Source: a virus (lineage: Duplodnaviria; Caudoviricetes). Taken from it: a stretch of 51,379 bases of DNA. Below, piece after piece: positions 8,363 through 15,944 of the stretch (position 1 is the first letter of the stretch; the number at the start of each line of letters is the position of its first letter). The translations under genes and the position numbers were made by a program. Location of the stretch: IMG/VR virus record IMGVR_UViG_3300032212_000013, positions 1 to 51,379 of that record; one strand, given 5' to 3'. The notes under the pieces are model-generated. The model was not told the origin of the DNA and searched no databases. It saw only the letters and a list, made by a program, of their open reading frames with translations.

Positions 8363-8423
8363 AGTTAGGTTTCTTTCAAGCACACCCCTATGGTTTAAGT
8401 GTGCGCTTGAAAGAAGCCTAGCT
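8363..8423. promoter_or_regulatory. Early-region RBS-proximal hairpin
   Basis: AGTTAGGTTTCTTTCAAG/CTTGAAAGAAGCCTAGCT outer stem, CACAC/GTGTG inner stem. Confidence 0.75.
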
Positions 8424-8585
8424 ATTCTTTAGCTTTGCCTCTAGAGATGCAAGCCTATTTATAGCCTCGTCTATCTCAAAGTCAGACTCGTGGTGTATAG
8501 CGTAGTATAGATATATTCTAGCGTCTAACACCTCTTCCTCTAGACTTGGTTTCTCTATAAAGAGTATCATACTATTCCTTGTCAT
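8418..8585 (-). CDS. Hypothetical protein, 55 aa (not in ORF track)
   Basis: MTRNSMILFIEKPSLEEEVLDARIYL...; GAAAGG RBS; stop lies inside the hairpin arm. Confidence 0.55.
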   Translation of the reverse strand: MTRNSMILFIEKPSLEEEVLDARIYLYYAIHHESDFEIDEAINRLASLEAKLKNS

Positions 8586-8860
8586 GGGTATAGCCTTTCG
8601 GTTTTTTGGGAAATTGCTTGTTAGTGAGAATCACCTCTCATTAAAGGCCTTCAAAGTCAATGTTTAGGGCTATATGGCCTTTTTCTGATATTTATATTCT
8701 CAGGGGCCTCAAAAAAAACAGGTTATAGATTTAAAAGAATCCAAAGTACAAAGATTACGTTTTTGGGCGTAACCCTATGTCTTTAATAGACTTCCAGCGT
8801 TTCAAAAACCTACTTCACAGCTCTAAACGCAGAGATTGAATTGAGAGATTTACTCTACAT

Positions 8861-8919
8861 AGGGAGAGGGGGAATCGAACCCACCATTATACAGAACATT
8901 CTGTATATACCGTCACCCT
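8861..8919 (-). ncRNA. tRNA-like element lacking a D stem, copy A
   Basis: AGGGTGA/TCTCCCT acceptor-like stem, CGGTA loop, TATACAGA/TCTGTATA arm, GG-TTCGATT-CC T-arm. Confidence 0.5.
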
Positions 8920-8925
8920 TACTTT

Positions 8926-9102
8926 TCAGGCCTTTAGCGCAGCCCGATAATCTTTGGCTAAGTTAGAAAGGTGTGGGTCTAAAACCCCGGCCTCCTTTAA
9001 CTTAGTTACGAATTCCATGGTGGTTATGGGCTTTTTAGGTGTGACCTTGATATACTTCGGGTTCACATAGACCCTGCCACCACAGCTTAATACTTTAACC
9101 AT
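8926..9102 (-). CDS. Hypothetical protein, 58 aa, first gene of the early array (not in ORF track)
   Basis: MVKVLSCGGRVYVNPKYIKV...AALKA; GGAG RBS. Confidence 0.6.
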   Translation of the reverse strand: MVKVLSCGGRVYVNPKYIKVTPKKPITTMEFVTKLKEAGVLDPHLSNLAKDYRAALKA

Positions 9103-9114
9103 TGTTCACTCCAT

Positions 9115-9248
9115 GCTAAGGTTGTAGAAATCTAGACTCACTATTCTGTGAAGCTAGATTGCTACAAACTCAGCTAGCACTGTGCGAGCTACCAAACAAA
9201 ACACACTAATAAAATCAGTGTGTTAAGTTTGTATAGCCGACACAGTGC
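9115..9248. promoter_or_regulatory. Two tandem long hairpins upstream of the first early gene
   Basis: TTGTAG-AATCTAG/CTAGATT-CTACAA (9115-9174) and GCACTGTG..AACACACT/AGTGTGTT..CACAGTGC (9177-9248). Confidence 0.65.
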
Positions 9249-9271
9249 ATACTGTGCAACAACTATCAGAA

Positions 9272-9935
9272 ATTCCCTTCCCCTGCTAGGCTCTTATTTC
9301 AAGCGCTACTTACGGTTGTGGGATACGGATTATGCAATAGAGATCTTACCCCTACATTATGCACTCCTAGACGTTCGCCTATACCTTGACATATAGAGTT
9401 ATTTAAGCTCTAAAGGTATAAGCTTTCTCCCTCACTATGGGGAGTTCGCCTACTAGGCTGGAAAGCTGAGTTTCCAGTCCCGCCGCAGTCTATGAACGGC
9501 CCCGCCTAATATTGCAACCACATTAAGAGTCTAGTGTAGCCTTATGCTTGATACAGCCACGCGTGTATCTCGCTATTCGCGGGGGCGTTGTCACTTTGGA
9601 GAGTTCGCCCGTTGACTGATAGAGGTTGTGTAACACTCCCTTGGTTCTTCCCGCCGATCCGCTGTGCGTATCTTATTAAACGGTGAAGGGAGAGTATGGT
9701 AGGCCAGCGAACGGTATCAAGTTAGTGTGATACTGGCTGGTAGGCCTATCATGCCGGATTTCAACCGGCTTTGGCTCCGCAGTCATGATATTGATACAGC
9801 CGTGGCTCTCATAAAGCCGGGGCCTATAGTAGGTGAGGCGGAATTGGTGCCGTGCGTCCGATCTAGTGAAGGGTCTGAAATCTGAAGCCTTGCGGCGACG
9901 CCTCCCTCCTAAGCGAAGGGTATGCCAAAGGGATA
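9272..9935 (-). ncRNA. Candidate large structured ncRNA (~660 nt), family unassigned, strand tentative
   Basis: No ORF of 60 aa or more; over 10 nested stems; ends pair; GCAA tetraloop and UUGAAAU T-loop on the minus strand. Confidence 0.5.
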
Positions 9936-10015
9936 AACTAATATAGCTTGTAGGCTAGAAGCTAGGATACATGGGGTATACAACGATAAGCCTACGATAC
10001 AGAGCCTGTAGGTAG

Positions 10016-10222
10016 CTAGTTGTTGATATCATTAGACTTACACTGGTCCGACCAGTATAAGCCTATACAGTGTATAGACTTATGACGAATGTAAAGTTAG
10101 CCTACACGTAAGATTAGCCTTACAATCGCTGTAAGCCTATACAGTATATAGAGTTATGACTGGTCCGACCAATAAAACAACTGGTCCGACCAGTTATAAA
10201 CCTATGCTATGTATAGGCTTAT
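10016..10222. promoter_or_regulatory. Palindrome cluster: 3x ACTGGTCCGACCA and 3-4x TAAG-N17-CTTA-like sites
   Basis: First motif at 10042, 10159, 10180; second at 10058, 10132, 10197 and, more weakly, 10016. Confidence 0.7.
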
Positions 10223-10270
10223 GTAGAATGTAAAGCTAGTGATACAAGGCTATGTAGCCTCGATACGCTC

Positions 10271-10640
10271 CCAGGACACCAGGACACCGGGACGGGGCCG
10301 GGTGACAGAACGCCAGGACGACCACACCAGGACGACACCAGGAGCTTGCCAGGACGTCCCATGGTGACACCAGGACACCAGGACACCGGGGCACTCCCCC
10401 ATGGCACCAGTGTACAAGCCAGTGGTAAGCAGTGACACAAGGGTAAGCCAGTGATACACGGTGATACACAGTGACAGCAGAGCTAAGCAGTGATCCCAAT
10501 GGTAAGCGGTGTAAGCCAGTGTCACTAGTGCCAAGCACTGTCAGCCACTGTCACTCACTGTTAAACGCTGTCAGCCATTGTTATACGAGGCTTCCGAGGC
10601 TATCACTGTCTCCCACTGGCTCCCACTGGCTAGCACTGTC
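10271..10640. repeat. Short-repeat region (CCAGGAC, then CAGTG flipping to CACTG); candidate pac site or origin
   Basis: 8 CCAGG plus 3 CCGGG in 10271-10390; CAGTG repeats up to ~10523, CACTG repeats thereafter. Confidence 0.65.
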
Positions 10641-10717
10641 AAACACTAACAGACGGTGGCGACCACCGCGTATGCTATATACTAACCTTTCACAGAAAAT
10701 AAAAAAATTTTTTCAAG

Positions 10718-10746
10718 TTGAATTCTTAGCTCGAATTTCTTAAACT
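10718..10746 (+). promoter_or_regulatory. Sigma70-type promoter for the rightward arm
   Basis: TTGAAT-17 bp-TAAACT with upstream A/T tracts, just before the GAAAGGAG RBS of 10770. Confidence 0.65.
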
Positions 10747-10769
10747 GAGTAGAGAAAGGAGTTTGAATA

Positions 10770-11000
10770 ATGACACTCATACATAGGGTCAAGTGCGACT
10801 ACAAAGATTGCTACAAGACTTTCCCTGTGAAGCTTAGGATGACTGAGCACAGGCCTACTATTTACTTGTCAAACACTAACTGGGTAGTGAACGGTATACT
10901 ACACTATTGTTGTGTGAGGCACTCCGAAGGCTTGCCTACTCTTACGAAGAAGGAGCAGGCTAGGTTGAGAAAGCTTAATAGTAAAGGAGCTAGTAAATGA
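10770..11000 (+). CDS. Small zinc-finger protein
   Basis: CDYKDC...HYCCVRH; strong RBS. Confidence 0.7.
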   Translation: MTLIHRVKCDYKDCYKTFPVKLRMTEHRPTIYLSNTNWVVNGILHYCCVRHSEGLPTLTKKEQARLRKLNSKGASK

Positions 11001-11464
11001 CCGACCAAAGAAGAGAGCTGGCTGGGGGTGACATGTTACCTCTGAACAAATGCTGCCCAATCCGGCAAAAGGTAGTGCTAGCTTTAGACAAAGTGTTACA
11101 TGCAGATTTCTGTGGTGTGCCGGATACCGAGTTACTTTCTGTGCTACGGTTTAACCCCAACGAGAAGAACACGACTCCTACACTGTGCTTTAACTATTGC
11201 CCTTGGTGTGGAGAAGCTCTAAAGTACCCTACTGAGGACCAGATAAACTCTAACCGTAATACTAGCGTTAGACTGGTGAAAGGTAAAACCTACACCTCTC
11301 TTAATAAGGAGAACTGGTTCTGTGTGAAAGTAGACCATGAGAGGGCTATTATGTTCAGAAACTACAATAATCAAACCTACCAGTTCTTCCTTAATGGTAT
11401 CTTGGATTCCAGTGACCGAGAGCTGCGGGTGCAGTTTAGGATTAACCCAGATGATCCAACCTAA
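10997..11464 (+). CDS. Hypothetical protein
   Basis: 155 aa with FNYCPWCG zinc knuckle; coupled to its neighbours. Confidence 0.7.
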   Translation: MTDQRRELAGGDMLPLNKCCPIRQKVVLALDKVLHADFCGVPDTELLSVLRFNPNEKNTTPTLCFNYCPWCGEALKYPTEDQINSNRNTSVRLVKGKTYTSLNKENWFCVKVDHERAIMFRNYNNQTYQFFLNGILDSSDRELRVQFRINPDDPT

Positions 11465-11735
11465 GCCTAGGGTAGTAAAAACCAAGGCTATATTCGCTAA
11501 GAGACTCCTCAACACCATTCTATCACGGGGTATCTCTTACGAAGAAATATCGGCAAAAGCCGGTGTCACTTACACTAAGGTGGTGAAGTTCATAAGCAGC
11601 AATAACCAAGTAAAGCCTACCTTGGAGCAAGTTTCTAAGCTCGCTGAAGTCTTGGAGGTAGACGAGGAGTGGCTTAGAGGTTACAATGAGCCCAAGATAA
11701 CCTTAGAACAGCTATACCCCGACACGCCATGGTAG
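11451..11735 (+). CDS. XRE-family HTH transcriptional regulator
   Basis: RGISYEEISAKAGVT...PTLEQVSKLAEVLEVDEEWLRG; start moved to 11451. Confidence 0.8.
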   Translation: MIQPKPRVVKTKAIFAKRLLNTILSRGISYEEISAKAGVTYTKVVKFISSNNQVKPTLEQVSKLAEVLEVDEEWLRGYNEPKITLEQLYPDTPW

Positions 11736-11746
11736 GAGATAAAGAC

Positions 11747-12343
11747 ATGACCGAACCTAAAGCACCCAAAGCTGCACACCTTGCACCTGTGCAGGAGAAC
11801 GCATTCCTACTACCTAGAAAGCGTAGCACACTAGCAGATGAAGAACTAACCGACGCTGAACGGGTTATGAAGGGTATCAGGCTAAAGATGACAGCCTCTG
11901 AAATGGCCCAAGAGTATGGAATGTCTGTGGGGGAGGTCAAAGCTATAAGCTACAAGATTAGGTGTGAGTGGAAAGAAAGTATTCTAGATGACTTACACAC
12001 TATGATGGTAGATGAGCTTGCGTCTGTTAACGCTGACGAGAGAGACCTAAGAGTTATGTTCAATGCTGGAATGTTCTCGTTCCACACTGACCCTAGCTCT
12101 ATACAAGATAAAGACTTCGTCAACAACATGACCAAGATATACTCGGCTATCTCCACTGCTCAGGATAAGAGACACGCCTTAACGGGACTCAAAGCACCTA
12201 GCAGACTAGCTGTCCACTCTACTACAGGCACGGGCTTAATCACCCAGGTCTTGACTATACTTACTTCTGTGGTCAAAGACCCTAACCAGCTTAAGGAGAT
12301 CACACACCAGATGGAAGGTCTGGTGGAGAAAGGAAAGAAATGA
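11747..12343 (+). CDS. Putative terminase small subunit
   Basis: N-terminal HTH-like segment, helical body, ALTGLKAP motif; upstream of TerL; AGGAG RBS before 11747. Confidence 0.55.
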   Translation: MTEPKAPKAAHLAPVQENAFLLPRKRSTLADEELTDAERVMKGIRLKMTASEMAQEYGMSVGEVKAISYKIRCEWKESILDDLHTMMVDELASVNADERDLRVMFNAGMFSFHTDPSSIQDKDFVNNMTKIYSAISTAQDKRHALTGLKAPSRLAVHSTTGTGLITQVLTILTSVVKDPNQLKEITHQMEGLVEKGKK

Positions 12344-12555
12344 ATGAGTTCTCCCAATTACTTAATGACTTAGGCTTCACCAAGGAAACCTACGCTGAGT
12401 TCTCTAAGAAATCGTTAAACACGATACATAGAAGAACCTCTAACAGTGACTCACACTACCCAGCACCACACGAGGTGGTGTGCCTATTGAGGATGGTAAA
12501 GAATGCAAGATCAGAACGTGTCAATGGTCAAGGGCCGGATAGTAAAATTGTCTGA
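12340..12555 (+). CDS. Small HTH-like protein
   Basis: 71 aa; LGFTKETYAEFSKKSLNTIHR resembles a helix-turn-helix. Confidence 0.5.
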   Translation: MNEFSQLLNDLGFTKETYAEFSKKSLNTIHRRTSNSDSHYPAPHEVVCLLRMVKNARSERVNGQGPDSKIV

Positions 12556-12760
12556 TAAGTTATTGTTGAGTGATAGCCAAACTTTCTATAGGTACTTCAA
12601 TGATAAGTTGATGTCCAGAGACATAAAGACTTGGTATGCTAGGTGGATACTAGCTAGGGAGCTGCTGTTTGTGTACAAAGGCATTTCCGCTACTGTCTCT
12701 ACTAGCACTAACAGATTTGTAAGCTATCATACCTTCATGCGGGGTAGGCAATACCACTAA
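12503..12760 (+). CDS. Hypothetical protein
   Basis: ORF filling the gap; start uncertain. Confidence 0.4.
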   Translation: MQDQNVSMVKGRIVKLSDKLLLSDSQTFYRYFNDKLMSRDIKTWYARWILARELLFVYKGISATVSTSTNRFVSYHTFMRGRQYH

Positions 12761-12799
12761 ACTAGTAATATACAACACTAAAATAAGGAATTAACTAAG

Positions 12800-13156
12800 A
12801 TGACAGACCAAAGAGTTATAGTAAGTTGCAAAACATTCGACGAATACCAGCGTTTAGCCCTAAAAACAGCCGTTTATCCTGATAAATGCGGCCAATTCTA
12901 CTCGTTTCTAGGCCTCCCTGGGGAGGTTGGAGAGCTTCTAAATAAGGTAAAAAAGGTCCACAGAGACAGAGAAGGCGAGTATACGGACGAAGACCTGCTC
13001 TATATTAAGAAAGAGTGCGGTGATATCCTATGGTATTTATCCGATATTTGCTCCATGTTTAACCTACAATTATCAGATGTAGCGGGGCAAAACCTTAGTA
13101 AACTGCTGCTAAGGAAAGAGAATAACACTATTAAAGGGGATGGGGATGATCGTTAA
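12800..13156 (+). CDS. mazG: MazG-like nucleotide pyrophosphohydrolase
   Basis: FDEYQRLALKTAVYP, LGLPGEVGE, KKECGDILWY, NLSKL and IKGDGDDR motifs. Confidence 0.9.
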   Translation: MTDQRVIVSCKTFDEYQRLALKTAVYPDKCGQFYSFLGLPGEVGELLNKVKKVHRDREGEYTDEDLLYIKKECGDILWYLSDICSMFNLQLSDVAGQNLSKLLLRKENNTIKGDGDDR

Positions 13157-13328
13157 GTGTTTAGAATGCGGAGAAGTGTTTGACTTGCCCGAACACCTAA
13201 GAAGGTTAAAGGTAGTCACTTGCCTTAACTGCTCTTTAGACAGTAGGAGGAGAACTAGAACCACCTTAGACAAGTTGTGTTCAGCCAGGGACAGGGTTCG
13301 TCTTAATGCCTTGGTCGGTGACAATTAA
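13140..13328 (+). CDS. Small zinc-ribbon protein
   Basis: CLECG...CLNC. Confidence 0.55.
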   Translation: MGMIVKCLECGEVFDLPEHLRRLKVVTCLNCSLDSRRRTRTTLDKLCSARDRVRLNALVGDN

Positions 13329-13388
13329 TTGTTGCGCCTTTAGGCGAGCTGTGATAACCTCGTTAAGGATACGTCCTTGCGAGGTTTT

Positions 13389-14984
13389 ATGCTGTTCAGG
13401 AAACAAAGGGAAGAGGCCAATCAGGCTGCTATGGCAGACCTGTTCAAGCTGCTCAAAGAGCAGTGTGTCTCAGCGTCTACACTCCCGACTATAGAGTGGG
13501 CCGTAGAATTTATTCCTCACTATTTTCCTGCTCCATTTAGTAAGCTACACTATTGGCTTGCTAAACAGTGCGACTTCACTGTGGCTAACCGCGAAGTCAA
13601 TGTATGCGCGATTGCACCTCGTGGTAATGCTAAGTCTACATTCATAAGTCTGGTAAAACCTTTAAGGGCAGCTTGTGAAAAGACAGAGATGTATATACTC
13701 ATTGTTAGCGACTCCCAGTCACAGGCAGAGAAGCACCTTGCTGCTGTAAGAACAGAGCTAACTAGCAATAGTAAGCTTGCCGATAGGTATCCTGGTGCTT
13801 GTGGGGAACCTCTAGTAGAACGCCACGATAGAATAGTGCTTAAGAATGGTGTGTGCTTAGAAGCCCTGGGAACAGGATCTAAGATTCGTGGTCGTAGACA
13901 TGGTCAGCACAGACCCTCCCTTATCATTGTAGACGACCCAGAGAACGACCAGCATAGAGACTCAGCTCTACAGAGAGAGCGTAGCTGGGAGTGGTTCTCT
14001 AGAGCCTTAATGAAGGCTGGAGACGATAAGACAAACGTATTCGTTATTGGGACAGCTCTACACAGAGAGTGTCTAGTGCTACGTTTAATGGGGCGTCCAG
14101 GTTGGATCTCCAAAAGCTTCAAATCGTTAATGCAGTGGCCCACGAAGATGGAGCTTTGGGGGGAATGGAAGAACATATACTTCGACACTTCCAACGAAGA
14201 GTATGACTCGTTAGCTAAGAACTTCTTTCATGAGAACCAGCATGACATGGTGTTGGGCACCGAAGTGTTGTGGCCCGAAAGAGAACCATTATATAAGCTA
14301 ATGTGTATGTGGGCAGACGACCCAGTAGCCTTTGATAGTGAGAAGAACAACAACCCAATTGACCCGTCAGCCTGCGAGTGGCCTGAGAGCTACTTCAAGG
14401 ATGAGAACATATGGTTCACAGAGTGGCCCTCTAGGTCTGAGCTTGGGCTTGTGGTTATATCCCTGGACCCCAGCAAGGGTAAGAAAGCCAAGAGCGGAGA
14501 CTACTCAGCTATAATCATACTCAAGGTTACGCTAGACGGTAAGGTCTATGTAGACTGTGATATGAAAAGACGACCTGTTGAAGACATGGTTGTTGACGCG
14601 GTAAGCTTGTGCAGAAAGCACCGACCGAACGCTTTCACTGTAGAAATCAACGTTTTCCAAGAGTTGTTGGTGGGTGAGTTCGAGAGAGAGTCAGAGCGCA
14701 CTGGCTATGTCTTACCTATACAAGGTATAAACAACCAGATAAAGAAAGAGGTGAGGATAAGGAGTATTGGTCCCTACTTAGCTACTAGGAAGATAAAGTT
14801 TAAGAAGCATTCTGTGGGAGTCCAGATGCTTATAAACCAACTAAAGGACTTCCCTAATGCAGCTTATGACGACGGACCCGACTCCTTAGAAATGGCTATT
14901 ACAACTATGGCTAGCCTCTACGGTGAAGATAATGTGGCTGAAGAAGGCGTATCTACACCAGATGACTTGTTCTCGCAGATATAG
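13389..14984 (+). CDS. terL: Terminase large subunit
   Basis: APRGNAKST Walker A, LIIVDDPE Walker B, SLDPS...GDYSA and DDGPDS nuclease motifs; start 13389 or 13377. Confidence 0.95.
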   Translation: MLFRKQREEANQAAMADLFKLLKEQCVSASTLPTIEWAVEFIPHYFPAPFSKLHYWLAKQCDFTVANREVNVCAIAPRGNAKSTFISLVKPLRAACEKTEMYILIVSDSQSQAEKHLAAVRTELTSNSKLADRYPGACGEPLVERHDRIVLKNGVCLEALGTGSKIRGRRHGQHRPSLIIVDDPENDQHRDSALQRERSWEWFSRALMKAGDDKTNVFVIGTALHRECLVLRLMGRPGWISKSFKSLMQWPTKMELWGEWKNIYFDTSNEEYDSLAKNFFHENQHDMVLGTEVLWPEREPLYKLMCMWADDPVAFDSEKNNNPIDPSACEWPESYFKDENIWFTEWPSRSELGLVVISLDPSKGKKAKSGDYSAIIILKVTLDGKVYVDCDMKRRPVEDMVVDAVSLCRKHRPNAFTVEINVFQELLVGEFERESERTGYVLPIQGINNQIKKEVRIRSIGPYLATRKIKFKKHSVGVQMLINQLKDFPNAAYDDGPDSLEMAITTMASLYGEDNVAEEGVSTPDDLFSQI

Positions 14985-14994
14985 GAGTGTCTAA

Positions 14995-15495
14995 GTGGAT
15001 GCTAAAGATATAGAGTTAGTAACAAAGATTATTAACGATGCACTAAGAGAGTACGCACAAGGTCAGGTTCCTTTTGCTTGGGTGTCTATTATTGTAGGAG
15101 GATTGGTTAGTGCCATAGGGGTCATATGGGCTTGGAGTATAGCCAAGGACAAGAAAGTGCTGGAAAAGGTAACGGAGTACTCTGAAAAGATAGAGGCTTT
15201 AGGCACAGCCCAAAGGGATAGAGACGACGCTAGGGACGAAGCTACTAGGAAACGTTGGGAGGCTGTGATGGCTAATGTAAAAGCCCAACACCAAGAGGAA
15301 AAGGTTCTGTGGAGAACCCGAGAGGAGAGACTAGAAGCCTCCAGGGACGCGGCTAAACTTCAATACGAAAACACCTTAAAGGATAATAGTGTTATCTTGG
15401 CTAAGCAGTTGAGTGAGTCTAACGCTGTTATTAATGAAGCAACAGAGACGTTTGAGATTGTTATTCCATTAATACAGAGAGAAAGTGGTAGATAA
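14995..15495 (+). CDS. Membrane-anchored coiled-coil protein (possible lysis or spanin component)
   Basis: One hydrophobic segment followed by a coiled coil. Confidence 0.55.
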   Translation: MDAKDIELVTKIINDALREYAQGQVPFAWVSIIVGGLVSAIGVIWAWSIAKDKKVLEKVTEYSEKIEALGTAQRDRDDARDEATRKRWEAVMANVKAQHQEEKVLWRTREERLEASRDAAKLQYENTLKDNSVILAKQLSESNAVINEATETFEIVIPLIQRESGR

Positions 15496-15666
15496 ATGCC
15501 CAAGACAAGATATAATCTTACGAGCCCTGAGGTAGGGACTACTAGTCTCTATCAATCCCCTACGATACAAGAAGCCGAGAGGCAAAGGATCGAAAGGGAG
15601 CGTAAGAGGAAAACTCGGCTGAAGATTATTAGGGAACTTAAACTAAAAAGGAGCAACGCAGCGTGA
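15496..15666 (+). CDS. Basic hypothetical protein, 56 aa (not in ORF track)
   Basis: MPKTRYNL...RSNAA, coupled on both sides. Confidence 0.5.
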   Translation: MPKTRYNLTSPEVGTTSLYQSPTIQEAERQRIERERKRKTRLKIIRELKLKRSNAA

Positions 15667-15944
15667 AGAACTATCTATTTTATATCTTACTATTTGTCGT
15701 GTGTAGTGGTTGTGTTTCACAAGCTAAATACGAAGTAGCTGTTAACGACTGCCACGAATTGACTGTGTCAGTAGAGAACCGATACAACTACCTTGAATTG
15801 TTCGTCAAGAATCGTGTCAAAGAGTATGAGCTTAAGGGTATGAAATTACCTGCATGGCTAAAACTAATGAGAGCTACTCTGCCCTCGCACAAACAAGAAG
15901 TCAATAAATACAAAGCAAAGTATAATAAGGAGGAAAAGAAATGA
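15663..15944 (+). CDS. Lipoprotein (possible outer spanin)
   Basis: Signal peptide ending in a lipobox-like CSGC. Confidence 0.6.
   Translation: MKNYLFYILLFVVCSGCVSQAKYEVAVNDCHELTVSVENRYNYLELFVKNRVKEYELKGMKLPAWLKLMRATLPSHKQEVNKYKAKYNKEEKK

Noticed and set aside
2531-8423. Hairpins as canonical integron attC sites
   Set aside because: Arms read GTT...AAC, the reverse of RYYYAAC...GTTRRRY, and no tyrosine recombinase is encoded; kept only as an analogy.
8861-8919. Canonical tRNA gene
   Set aside because: No D stem, no 7 nt anticodon loop and no CCA; recorded as tRNA-like instead.
9272-9935. tmRNA or RNase P RNA
   Set aside because: I found no tmRNA-type acceptor ends with CCA and no GAGGAAAGTCC RNase P signature on either strand.
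10271-10640. CRISPR or TIGR-like array
   Set aside because: Repeats are 5-8 bp with irregular spacing and no constant repeat-spacer period; no Cas or Nop-domain gene recognised.
10219-10743. Four overlapping ORFs over the repeat region
   Set aside because: Low-complexity translations of CCAGGACA/CAGTG repeats, open in several frames and without RBS; most likely non-coding.
11451-11735. Lysogeny repressor implying a temperate lifestyle
   Set aside because: No integrase, partition genes or divergent cI/cro switch seen; the XRE gene lies within the rightward operon.
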